In this document: piece after piece, positions 13,527 to 25,979 of the stretch
Position numbering within the stretch: the first letter of the stretch is position 1
Layout: every line of letters begins with the position of its first letter
From: Dicyema japonicum
Lineage: Eukaryota; Animalia; Dicyemida
Direction of reading: 5' to 3'
DNA: 64,000 nucleotides
Assembly (NCBI GenBank): GCA_011109175.1
Contig: RDEW01000024.1
Coordinates: 365,199-429,198, forward strand
Made by a program: the position numbers and the translations under genes
The notes under the pieces: model-generated
Databases searched by the model: none
Told to the model about the DNA's origin: nothing
What the model saw: the letters and a program-made list of their open reading frames with translations, nothing else

Positions 13527-14577
13527 TTAAAATTCTTCATAAGCCAATGCTTTAACTAAATAGCTCCGCATGTGGCTATACAAATTATTGCACACATCTG
13601 ATGGAATTTCTCCGATGTTTTGGATTGCGTTTATTAATTCCTCAGAGTTCTTACAATTTTTCTTTTTGATGTTATTTTTCCAAACAGAAAAAAACTCTTC
13701 AATTGGATTGAGTTGAGGAGTATAAGGAGGCAAAAAATACAATTCATACCCTATACACGTTAAAAATTAATTGGATACCAGTTCCGAATACAACATTTTT
13801 TAATTGCTCGCTCTTGTGAATTGATGCATTGTCACATATCAATACCATGTCTTAAATATAATATATAACCATACTTTTTTTCCCTGCATGTTCAAGCTTA
13901 TAATTAAGCTGTATTACAAAATCAATGAACGTCTCTGCGCGATAAGGGGAGGAATTGATTTCGTAATGTAAAAGGCCGTCCACAGAAATAGCAGCACAAA
14001 TAGAAAAATTTTTCTCTCTTATGTTTCTAATACATTTTTTCGGAGTAACTCCTTTTATAGATCTTCCAAATTTGGATCTCATCGAACAATTGACTCCCAT
14101 TTCGTCTATAAAAATAAGCCGTTGATTATCAATTTCAATTATTTTTCTGGCAAATCTATATCTTTCTTCCATATTTATTGTAGAATTTCTCGCCATAGGT
14201 ACAAATTGAATCTTTTTAAAACTATATCCAAATGTATCTAGCGTCCTATTTATTGTCGATAAAGAGACATTTTTTCTTTGCACATCAAATAAAGAATTTT
14301 TTAAATTTTTCAGAGTAAATGAAGCATCTTCTTCAATTTTTTTAGTCAAAAATAAGATGTCCGATGAATTAAGTTTTTTCTTTCGTCCACAATTATTTTT
14401 TGTTGAAGCAAAACTTCCTGTATTTTTGTATTTTTTGACGATAGAAACAACTGTCTGATAGTTAATACAGATGTCTTCGCTTATTTTTGAATAAGCCAAC
14501 CCTGCTTCATATTTATTTATAATAAGTTTTCGGTTATCCTCGGATACAGTAGTATTTTTGTTTTTGTAACTATTCAT
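13527..14577 (-). CDS. DD34E transposase, 332 aa, three exons (14577-13875, 13850-13779, 13750-13527)
   Basis: GT-AG introns 13874-13851 (24 nt) and 13778-13751 (28 nt) join ORFs 13852-14577 and 13527-13742 into 999 nt in frame. N-terminal HTH region; triad FIDE / CDNASIH / LNPIE with 34 residues between the second D and E. Confidence 0.9.
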
Positions 14578-14624
14578 TTAATTCAATTTGCGCTAAAATT
14601 TGTATTTATAGGAACTTAATAATC

Positions 14625-14710
14625 CAAATAAATATAAATAATGATCTAATAAATATAAATAATGATCTCAAAAATATAAATAATAATCCCAAAAATATAA
14701 ATAATAATCT
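14625..14710. repeat. Four ~21-22-bp subterminal direct repeats upstream of the transposase ATG
   Basis: AAATATAAATAAT(G/A)AT unit repeated four times. Confidence 0.8.
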
Positions 14711-14866
14711 TTACAAAGTTATTAACATTTTGACAAAGTTATTAAAAATTTTAACAAAGTTATTAAGTATTTTGACGAATTATTAAACATTTTGACAAAG
14801 TTATTAAATTTTTGACAAAGTTATTAAATTTTATGACAAAGTTATTAAATAAATAGGAAAACCCTG
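14711..14866. repeat. Right TIR: about seven ~21-bp direct repeats
   Basis: TTTTGACAAAGTTATTAA units, the reverse complement of the left TIR units. Confidence 0.95.
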
Positions 14867-15299
14867 TATAATTAAATACTATAATTATATTAATAATTAT
14901 GTTAAATAGATTTAAAAAATAGCTTTAAATTTTTAAAACCAATTTATTACAACTGCTGCTTTTTGTTTTTAAAAAAAGCACTTATTTTACTGCTTTTGAG
15001 GATCGGATTCTTAAGATTTAACCCCACGTTCCCAAAACTTTTTGGGGTACGCATTTTCCCACATGTTACACCTTCAGAGTTGGCATACTTGTCTAAACCT
15101 TAGGTCCACCAGAGACCAGATAATCAGAGTTTAAGTTTTTTCAATTTTTGATAAACATAACGCCTGTCAATTGGGGTACCTCAATGCTATTTTCCAAAAA
15201 CTTTCACTTTATATTTTCTATGTTTTAACACAAGTTCCCAGACATGGTCAATGGGGAACAACTCACGTAGGTCAAAAATCATAATTTATTTTTTTTCAA

Positions 15300-16260
15300 T
15301 CTCACAATATGCTCTTTCTTATAACAAATGCAATGCTTCTTGCACATGTCTTGTTGATCGAGTATTCGGAAGATCCGCAGGATCTATTCGATCACCTCCT
15401 GCGGATCATTGAATTCTTTAAATCCTCTTTCCACCATGGTGTTGAAGACTTTGGCCCAGGCAACATGGCTCAGCTAAAAGTTCGAAGATTTCCCAACTTT
15501 GCACAGTCCCCTTCATAACGATTGCGGCGCGTTCCAGGAAAATACACTTGGATTTAAAAGTCACTCAAAGGTACCTCATCCTCTATGACGCTAAACGTGT
15601 GGGGCTTAACAACGACCCTAATGGAATTCGTCTAAACAAACTAGATCGGCATCTTTATGCATCATGTAGTTAGTTCTGACTTCCAAGAAGCAGGGGATCG
15701 ACTTCTTCGCTCCATGGTATTGTCTTGGTAATGCCAAACATTGTAGAACGTCCACTACACATTCAGAAATAGCGCTACCGAGCATTGTTTCAGCCTTTTT
15801 GGTTGCGAATCTTTAAAGGTCAATTTCCAGAGGTAGTCGTGTACCACAATGTCTGGCCCATAGTGGTTGGCTAGCACCGAGATCAGATAACACTGTCTAT
15901 CTTGATTTGGACCCTATTGTTCTATACTACAGATTGCACTTTATGAATCCGCAACTTTCTGGTGTGCGAATGCCATACTTATAGCATAGTAGAAGACTTT
16001 TTGCTACCTCGTTATTATCTGTGAAGCAGACAAATCTGTTCAAATATTTCCAATCACAAATCGACAACAATCTTTCATGAAACTCTGAGAAATCGCTGTC
16101 CGCAGAATAGACCCAATTCCACAGTTTTTTCCTAGTGCATATGGGTAGAAAAGAAAATCAGAAACATCACCGAAAAGCATCTAGTTGATGAAAAGAAGGA
16201 TTCTCCCTGAAGTATGGTCCAAGATATCCTAAAGTGTCGGTATATCGAAATCATAACTTT
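15300..16260 (-). mobile_element. PIF/Harbinger (DDE_Tnp_4)-like transposase remnant
   Basis: One long stop-riddled frame containing MLFG, YYAISMAF, GPNQDRQCY, HYGPDIVVHD and TVQSWEIF, resembling the RP..QR..Y / YGP..G.RHD / VEW.F motifs. Confidence 0.5.
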
Positions 16261-16639
16261 GATTGGTAAACGTAATTTTTATATTGTGTGACTTAAATCA
16301 CTAAGCTATAACACTTCCAGAAACAAAATAACACTAAAAGGCATGTTTTAAATTAAATTAAAAAAATTTGGTTGGTAGTTTGGTCACTGGTGGAATGTTC
16401 CGTAGATTTTGTGAGTTATTTGATCTTAGAGCACATAATTAGTTTATTTAACCATTCTTTAATGGTGGTCTTGAAGTTACATAAGTAATAATATATGTAA
16501 AAAATGACACGTGGCTCATCTATGTAGAGGCGTTTTTTACTTGAATTGTTAGAATAGAGTTTCAACCTCCTATCCAGCATCATGGAGGAGGAGATTGTGT
16601 TTTATCCTGCTTCTTTGCTGGGGAGACGTCGACGAAAAT

Positions 16640-17190
16640 CTTTGACAAGATCTCATCATAATGCAAGTTAACTCTAATGAAATCAAGACGAATATTACCG
16701 AACTATAACGCTTTAACTTCAGCATTCTGTAGATATCGCTATTTTCGAGCCAAACTCCTCATGCCCCCGTTACTACCGCCTGGGTACTCAAGCGATTCAT
16801 TTGGATAGAAAATACGATTATCTGTATGCTAAAAAACAAGTGGAGAATATTATAATATGTGGAGATCTCAACGCCAAATGTCTTCAATGGCAGACTACTC
16901 AATTAGCCGACAAAAAAGTAATCTAATTTTTGACTCTTTAGAAAGCCTAAATCTCCCGAACATTTAACACTGCGAAGAAATCATAATCAACTTCACTCGG
17001 CTTGTCCATTCTTCCTCAAAGATCAAGATTGTCCACTAATTTCCTGGAACGTCTCCCAAGAATTCCATAGTGATCATACTCCATTTATACTAAGTTACGC
17101 CATTTCAAAACCCCACACGGAGACAAAACAACATTAATGAATTACAAAAAAGCCAGACTTGCTAAATTCCAAGCAATTTGCTCACCGTAC
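16640..17190 (+). mobile_element. LINE APE endonuclease remnant (I/Jockey type)
   Basis: IICGDLNAKCLQW, FHSDHTPFIL and NYKKA motifs. Confidence 0.6.
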
Positions 17191-17584
17191 CGTAATTGAA
17201 TTTTTACATTTAATTCTATCGACATGAGATTGAATCATCTAAATAGTTTTGTCGCTAGAAAAAAAAGCTATCATCTTTCGGGCAGTGTATAAATACATAA
17301 TACTACGAGGGTCGTGAGATCAAAATCAAGTCTACTCTAAAATGTTATCGTCAAGGATCGCTTTACAATTTATTCTTAGTCGAAGTATCCTGTCCGAGAG
17401 GGCTTGATTCAACGTTTCTAACATATGTTGACAATTTAATTATTGCTAGCTGAGACAGTTACGTGGATCTGCAAAATCAAAACATTATTCACACCTAATC
17501 GCTATAAGGTATGCTGACTTCGATTCATGTTGTGAATCTTTCGACTACTTTCCATAATTGCTCATATAAATGTTAGATTATATA

Positions 17585-18855
17585 CAGTAAAGTCTCTCGA
17601 ATCCGCAAATTCTTAAATTCGCCACTTCTTTTAATTTTAAATAACTTTTAAAATAAACTTATTAACACGTTGTCATTATTTATCGTTGTTTTCTTAAAAC
17701 GTAACTGTACACGATTAAAAAAACAAACAAAAAATTGCCATTTTAAAGTTTATTGAATCGAATATTGAATTACCTATTAAAATTTCAGAAATTTTTTTTC
17801 CAAAAAATATATTTCTCGTAGATTTATTTATGATCTGAGAAATAAAAGCAGATCTGAATATATGTTGAATAACTTACGATCTGACACTTCTCGCAAAGAA
17901 TATTAAAAGTTAGTTTCAGTCATGTTATGTACCAATTTGGACAGTACAGATAACGAACACCCTTACTAATTGGGATGTTTAAAAATCCTAGATGTTTCAA
18001 TAATTTTATATTAAAAAATATGTCACATATTCTAATTCAAAAAAGCATTGATGGATAGCCGAATTTTTAATCAATTTCTTTTGAAATATGAATTAGAATT
18101 TCTTTTGTTGATCAATGTTCTGCACATAAGGTGAATATCAAAAATTTACAGTATGTTTTGGTTGAATTAAGCAAATTGAAGTAATATATCTACCAGCGAA
18201 TACAACGTCGTTTTGCAACCACTAGATCAGGGTATAATCAAATAGTAAAATGCAATTACAATTTTCTTAAATTTTCTAATATTATTCAAAAAATTGAAGA
18301 TGGGATAAATCCCTATTGTGCATACAAAAATTAAAGTTAAAAGATGCAATATTCTTTCATATTATGCTTGAACAAGATAGATAGTTCTTTAATATTCAAA
18401 TGCTTCACACACGCAAAATGGATTCGAAACATTGAAAATATTATGAAAACCCTGTATTGAAAAATTACGAATATATTCTAGACAAAATTAACATACTAGA
18501 TCCTTTAGAAGAGAAACTTTTATATTGATTACAATGAAAATGAAGAAATTGATTTGAATGATTTGAGAACATAGAAAAAGAATTTGATGGTGAAGAGCCC
18601 ATTGAAGAAAGTCGGAAAAGTGTAAATATAAGCGATACTTTTCTAGCCTTAAATAAATTAAAAGAATTCTATAATCAAGAAAAATTCCTTAATGTCGAAA
18701 ATCTTGAGTCTATTGAAAAGATTGGTACTTCAATGATCCAAAAAAGAAGCAAATCAAAACTTGGAGGAGAGACATCGTTACTAAATTTCACAAAAAATAT
18801 TGAGATAGTTTGTCGTGGAAACGAATATCTCATTATATTCTAGGGACTTTGACCA
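17585..18855 (+). mobile_element. pogo/Tigger-like DNA transposon, decayed
   Basis: Left end TA|CAGTAAAGTCTCTCGAATCCG. DDE_1 motifs LLIGMFKNPRCF, LLVDQCSAH and LPANTTS.LQPLDQGII. Degenerate right TIR near 18835-18853. Confidence 0.8.
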
Positions 18856-20814
18856 AAACCCCATAAAAGAGTGTCCTCGATAGACGCAGATCAAACTTTC
18901 AAATTCCATTTACCTCACAAAATGCTTCTCTTTCATAAATTAAATAATTTATTAACAACTGCAAATAATAGAAATTGAGAATCATCGATGAAAAAAGTTA
19001 GATAAATATTCAGTTACAATTGACATATTTTAGTCGACCTGAAATCTCATATAACCAAGTGTCAGATTGTTGATGTAGCGGGATTCCTTGCAGGATTGTA
19101 TGATGATTCCTGATTAAATAGAGTTAGAATATTTAGGTCGTCCTTTCAATGTTATTACCTCTTTCGGTAAGATTTTCTGCCTTGCATAACCACAAAAGAC
19201 TTTCTCCCTTTTCTATTGGATCCTCCTACACTGTGGTGGTGTCAAATCACACGCACATATCCCTTGACGTTTTCTGAGAAATTGATGAAAATCCATAACT
19301 TATAGCCTTAAACTCTACGATAGAATATCAGGTGTATCAATATTGTCCCTTATTCAATAAAATAACTTTTAAAACCCTATCCATAACATATGAACGACAT
19401 TCAAAAATTATATTAACTTATCCCAAGATAATAAAATATTATTTTAATTCTTAATTTGACATATTTAAAACTATGTTAAGAATTCTACGTTGTAGCCACG
19501 TGTTATCATGTCTCTCAATTCTAAGTTAAATCAATGTTGAAGACATCTAGTTATTTCCTTGAGAACTAGAGCTAAAAGCTATTTAATAAATTAATATTAT
19601 TTAAAATTCAATAATAACAAGTCAACAACTAACTCTAATTTAAGTTCTCAGGCACGTGAATTAGTATCTTCGTACGTAGCTCGTCCATTGGAGGTAACAT
19701 ATTACTGCTTGGATGGATTACATACGATGGAAATGAATAGGAATATGACTATAGTAGAATCAAGTTACTGACTCAAACATTGAATATGAATTGGCTGCAT
19801 TTTAATATCAAATGATGATGGTCTTCTCCCGTCGATCCACTAAAGGATCTGATGATAGGTTTGAGATTGGAAATTTTTATCGTTACCATTATTAAAAAAC
19901 AATGTATAATAATCATATTCTGCAAACATTTTATTTGAAATCGCGAGCATTTAGGGGACATCACAAATTTTCCTGATGTGAGTTGCATTCATATAATTAA
20001 AGCCAATAGAATTATCTGTAGCAATATTTGACTCAATTTAACGTGTTCTGTTAATATAAGGAAGAACAATCAATATTCTATTATAACGATGATGTCCGCT
20101 ATATGGTATTTTAGGGAATGATATAAAAATATTGGATTGTTGTATAAGAATTTGGAAAATGAAACAGTAACTCGTATGTGAATATATTAAATCGTAGAAT
20201 TCTAGTTATTGAAGGAATACAGCTTTATTAGAAGTTACCAAAATAATTGAGCGTTGACCATTTTGATAACAGCCAGATTAAATTCAATAACAAAAAATAC
20301 GACAGAATATTCCACTAAAGATATATCAATAGCTGATGTATTATTGTTAAATTGGTTAACCACCTAAAAATAAAAGTAACCAATTTTTAATATTTATATT
20401 AGATAATTTTATTTTTCTTAATTATCTTCTAAATTAATAATTTTTTAAAAACTGAAGTTGATCACTTGATATTTGGAGAACCGTTAAGGATTTATAGGTC
20501 AAAATTAGGAATACAATTCCATAAAATTGCTTCAATCCTTAATCCAGGTCAATGATGAATGAAGTGAGATGAAAATTATTTTAAAATCTGACAATAAATT
20601 AATAAAAAATTAATTGATATTTAGTTTTAATGAAAAGTTAAATAGGTAAAATGGAAAAAATGACCTTAAGTTAAATAGGTCAAATTTTTTCATCGACCTG
20701 GGGGACTTCCAAAACCGAACTACTTGTAAAGATTCTATCCACCGAAGACAACTTAGATCCTTACTAGGATGAACTGGCCAACAAGAATAAACAAGGAATC
20801 ACTTATATAAGAGA

Positions 20815-21960
20815 TGTTGTAGAGTCCACAGAGTCTCAAAATTATTGATATGCGTTGGAAGCTATTTGGACATATCTTGAGAAAGGACTTGGATGCTCCA
20901 CCTAATAAAGCAATGGAGAATACTTCATGAGAAATAAAACGTGTTTATGTGGACGTCTCGTGTTACACTACAAGAAACAATTGATGGAGATCTAAAGCAT
21001 GTGAACAAATGTCTAAGAAATGGAGACGATCTGGACGAGTTGAGGAAACTCTATACGATCAGGGTAATTGAAAGAGGTTGGTCTGAAGATTGTTTCGATG
21101 CTGCACGAGTGAAATTATAACTGTTATGGTTTACTCATGCTGCTTAAAAATATGTCAAGTTTGAATTTAACCTATTATTTTATCCACAGGGTAATTGATA
21201 TAAATTATATAGATTATGAAGGTATCCCCATTTTCTGTGTTTCTTTTATGTTCAACAACATCATTGCTCTATCTGTATCAGGTAGCATCTATTGCTTGGA
21301 CAGCACTAAAGGGATAATTTGTCTCACAACTGCATGTTATCGTGGGATATTAGAAAGTCCCTAGTTCTGTGACCTGGGAAATATTAGTTGTACGGGTCCA
21401 CAGAGTCTCAAAATTATTGTTATGCGTTGGAAGATATTTGGACATATCTTTAGAATGGAGTTGGCTGCTCTAACCGGCATAGCAATGGAGAATACTTCAT
21501 GAGAAATAAAACGTGTTTATGTGGACGTCTCGTGTTACACTAAAAGAAACAATTTATGGAGATCTAAAGCATGTGAACAAAAGTCTAAGAAATGGAGACG
21601 AGCTGAACGAGTTGAGGAAACTCTATACGATCAAGGACGTTGAAAGAAGTTGGTTCTGAAGATTGTTTCGAGTGCTGCACGAGTGAAATTATAACTGTTA
21701 TGGTTCTACTCATGCTGCTTAAAAATATTCAGGTTTTGAATTAATTAACCTATTATTTTATTTTCACAGGGCAATTCGATATAAATTATATATTATGATG
21801 GTATCCCTTCATTTTCTGTGCTTTTTTCTATGTTAAGAGATTCTTCCATCTGTCTAAGGAAGCACCTATTGCTTGGACAGCACGAAAGGGGATAGTTTTT
21901 ATTACAACTGCATGTTCTCGTTGGATATTAGAAGGTCCCTACCTCTGTGACATGGGAAAC
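20815..21960 (+). repeat. ~570-bp diverged tandem duplication (RTE 3' end plus downstream flank)
   Basis: gtccacagagtctcaaaattattg at ~20824 and ~21395; both units end in ...gggaaa(t/c)attagt. Confidence 0.9.
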
Positions 21961-22029
21961 ATTAGTCATTAACTATTAACAACTTTCTCAGTGTACTCAG
22001 GTTTAATAAAAATAAAGGAACATCGAAGA

Positions 22030-22645
22030 ATAAACACTGACATACAAAAATTTTCCTCGCATAAAGCAATCCCAATTCGTTGCTTTAGCAAGACTGTTTC
22101 CCGCACGTCTTTTCTACAGTGTGCCAATTTCCCCCGTTTCTTTCAAGAAAGAGGCTATGATACTTCTCGCAGATGTTTCATTGCCATTGTATAAAACGAA
22201 AACGGATTGCATTTTCACTATAACTTTTAATTTTGATTTTCTCGGCCAGATATGATGCTGATCCAGCAGGTGCACCGAGCTGATTATATAGAGTTCGAGA
22301 AAGAATCCAAAACAGTGCAGTCCATTCGAGCGATTTTGCCTCGTGAACGGAAGAATTAGTTAGTCAATCCGGTCTTTCCCAGTCTCCGTGATTCAATCCA
22401 CAAGCTCCAGCATTGTGGAAGCCTGTAGCATTAAGAGCATGCATGACAATGTTGTTCATAAAAACATGGCAGGGTGCTCTGCTAGCACTCGTTTTGCACG
22501 AAAACGGAAGCAGCACTTTGACATCGACGATCCCATAATGACATTGGTATTCGACAAACATCAACTCCCAGGCGAGTGCGATCCCAATTCAAATAAAGTC
22601 ATCTTCAAAAAGTCCATAAGGAGGAACACGAGAGTACATCGAGGA
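22030..22645 (-). mobile_element. CRE-clade 3' fragment (duplicate of 6335-6995)
   Basis: Same CCHC/RLE motifs (ORF 22364-22564). Confidence 0.8.
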
Positions 22646-24244
22646 AATTATTGTATACGAATCATTGTTTTTTTGGTTGTAAATTAAAATTCCCCAAAAA
22701 ATATATTTTTAATATAAAACTAATAAAAAATAACAATTTAATAATAAAATTTAAATAATGGCGGAATTTGATTGTCTAATGGTGTGCTGTCTAATAACAT
22801 TAGTATGAAATTAAAATAAATACATTCTTTCATAAAGAATTTAATTAAATGCTATCTGATTCTGTGCTGTTATCTAAAAAAATAAATTCAATTTTTAATC
22901 TGTTTCGCAAAAGTAATGAAATCACCTATATACAAAAAACTTGTAAAGCACATTCTATATTTAGGTTAACAAAACAAAATAACTTATCAGAAATTCAATT
23001 TTCTCATTCCTGAATATCTGAATTTATTTCCACCTAATATGTTTATTAATTTCCAGTTCAGTTAGAAATGTATAAGATTTTTATCAAATCAGTTCTGTTG
23101 ATTAAAAATAGCTGAAATCTTCCAAAAATCCTTTTCCGCCAATTTTCGCATACAATCATTATCTAAAACGTATTCTCTTAGTTTTCCAAATGACAAATTC
23201 AACATATGGAAGTGGAAGGTATGGGAACTTTTTGGTGTTTGTAGAACAGCCGTTTTCCGAATCTCTATAATCGATTGCACTCCGAAAAAGTAGGTTCGAG
23301 GTGTATTAATTATTTGTTAGACGAAGAATCCAATATCCCATAGTAAACAGTAGATCATATTTTTGACTTATCATAAGTCATCCCGTAATATGACTCACTT
23401 GTCTGTTTCTAATACTATCAAAGAAAGACCAACAATCATCACAGACCACGTGGATCTTCCTAATGATCCCAAAGAATGCCAGACTATCAACACAGCCCAT
23501 GTGATTGTTCTTAATATCAACTCTGAGTTACAGACCATGAGGGCGTGCCTGATGTCTCCACAAAAGGACTAAATATCAGCGTTACTTATTCTCCTAATAT
23601 TGCCAAAAAGAACCAACTATTGGGGGATACTCAGAGAAAGTATATATTCTATTTATATAGTCACTAAACTCACCTGATTTGTTTTGTTAATGTTTGTGTC
23701 GTTTATATTATAGAATAAACAACGTGTTTTTGGTTCGACTGTCAAGAGTACTGTAAAAAAGATATTGAGGAGATCAAGGTTATTGAAGTCGGCTAAGGGG
23801 AAGAAAGTGAGGAGAATGAGAGGACGAACAATCTGGCAAAAAATATATTAGAGAATACTAAGAAGAGTGAGAACAGCTAAAAAAAGTCTCAAAAACCACG
23901 TGTTAGTTAGCAGTCTATGTGACCTTATCCGAAGCTATTCGAACATTTCAGGTTTCCGAATAATGTTGCTATTGCAGATATTATTACCAAAGTACACGCT
24001 TCATAATTGACAAGCTCTGAGATAAAGAATTTTCTAAGATCCAACAGACATTTTCTACCAGGAAATTTAGAAAATTATGTAATTTGTATGTGTAACAAAA
24101 AGTTTTAGTGTTTTTATTGTTTAGTTATAAAGTTAAATTTTTGGGTTAATTTTTTTAGTTTTTACGTTAATAAAGTTAATTTTTTAATAGGCACTTAATA
24201 TTCACTACAAAATGAAATCAAAAACGAACAATTATATAAGTTGA

Positions 24245-24610
24245 GCAAAACAGAACCGTTATCCATGGAAATCATAAGATCGAGATGGAGACTCTTCGGT
24301 CACATTCCGAGGATGGACCTGGATGTCCGTCAAATCACGTAATAGATGAATATTTCATGGAAAAAACAAAATCATTCCGAGGAAGGCCTAGAACAACCTT
24401 ACCTATCACGCTAAATGAAGACCTAAAAGCCATAGGCAGAGAGTTGAAAAACAATGGATGACCTCGATGAACTAAAAGATCTTGCGAAACGGAGAGGCCT
24501 TTGGATGCGATTGTGCAAAGGGTGGCCGGCGCGGCACAAGAGAACCTTAATTGACTTTTGTTTTTTTATGTGTTCTCGGCAGTGCTGATAATGATAATAA
24601 TAATAAAAAA
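24245..24610 (+). mobile_element. RTE 3' stub, same family as 12097-12457
   Basis: Near-identical sequence from gcaaaacagaacc to the (TAA)n tail, in different flanks. Confidence 0.9.
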
Positions 24611-24629
24611 ATTCGCCCTAATGATCATA

Positions 24630-25700
24630 TAAGTATGAGATTGTTCACGGAAAGGCCGGATGATCTGCTGCTTGTGCTGAAGAATCTATTTAACGCGAGT
24701 ATTACTCATGGATATGCCCCAATTCGATGGAAATGTTCTATTATCAGAATGGTACTCAAACCGGGAAAGTCGGGAGGAACCCTCTCAACTATAGACCGAT
24801 CAGCCTCATTTGCTCTATTTCCAAGATTGCTGAGCGAATTATCTTCAAGAGGCTGAACGAGCACATAGAAGAGAGTGGTTTCCTTCTCGCGGAACAATGG
24901 GGCTTCAGACCTGGAAAATCCTGTACGGACTGCATCTACCAGATTCACTTAACGGTATTGAGAGGTCTGGAATTCAAGAGACAAGTCAACCTAGTATGTT
25001 TGGATCTGTCTAAAGCTTTTGATAGCGTGTGTCACGAAGCCCTCCTATCTAAGACTAGCAACTGCGAATATCCGTAAAAAGCACTTTATATGGATAAAGA
25101 ACTTTCTAACGTAACGAACTTCCCGAATACGTGTCGGACCATATATGTCAAAAGATATTAGATTGAAGAGGGAGGTTCCACAGGGCTCTATCTTGAGCCC
25201 GCTGTTGTTCAATATATTCTTGTCAGACTTCCCAGTTCCACCAGATATGAACACCAAGATGTTGATACGCGGATGACATTCTAATCATGGATACTTCTGG
25301 AAAATCCACTTTATCGAAAATAGAATCAGGCTATTCGTTGATCAAGTTCAGGACTGGTGCTCCAAGAGAGGGATGACACTCTCTACCGAGAAATCGAGCC
25401 ATATGAGAGTAAGTCGCCTACGGAGGCATCGTGTACAGCCTTATTCACTTGGCATCTCAAAAGTGAATTCACTTGCTACCTCGGGTTAGCCATCGATGGA
25501 GAAAGTTCATTCATGGAATATATTTGACGAAGAAGAAAGAAAGCGCTACAAGCGCTTTTCTGTACAAGGAAGCTATCCGTAAGCATGGAGACCTTCCTGT
25601 TTGTTTTCAAGAGAGTTATTCTGCTTGAACTATTGTATGGTTGCGAAGCATGGTTTTTCTCACGCCATATAGATAGAATTATACTACTTAGGGAAAAATC
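24630..25700 (+). mobile_element. Jockey/I-type LINE reverse transcriptase remnant
   Basis: NYRPISLICSISKIAERII, QWGFRPGKS, LDLSKAFDSV and GVPQGSILSPLLF, with frameshifts. Confidence 0.85.
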
Positions 25701-25979
25701 AAGAAGGTCAGCAATAACGCTGGCCTTGGGGAAAAACTATTCAACACCCTCAGTATAGAAGATAAAATTCTTACTCCGGTGAGATACATTGTGGAGAAGA
25801 GGATCGATGGGATCCACCGATAGAATAAAAAGAAAATGAAGATGAGGTACGTCGGAAGAGTCCAGGCCACATAGGCGGACTCGCATAACCTCTTAATTAA
25901 CTTTAATTTTCTGGACTTCTGAGAAAATTGAACTGTTGCCGACCACATTAATAAAATGTCTTTGAAACACCAATTAAAG

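Larger units (their letters stand above)
13272..14866 (-). mobile_element. Complete 1595-bp IS630-Tc1-mariner (DD34E) DNA transposon with long modular TIRs
   Basis: Termini CAGGGTTTTCCTATTTATTT... are mirrored at both ends. TA target duplication at 13270-13271 and 14867-14868. Encloses an intact spliced transposase. Confidence 0.95.
19084..23563 (+). repeat. Segmental duplication, copy 2 (partner 4066-9772)
   Basis: Collinear near-identity; lacks the RTE insertion and carries an internal ~570-bp tandem duplication. Confidence 0.95.

Noticed and set aside
4620-16260. Non-standard genetic code (stop readthrough) explaining stop-riddled long frames
   Set aside because: Intact genes end in TAA, TAG or TGA and have no internal stops, and the broken frames also contain frameshifts. 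Decay is the simpler explanation.
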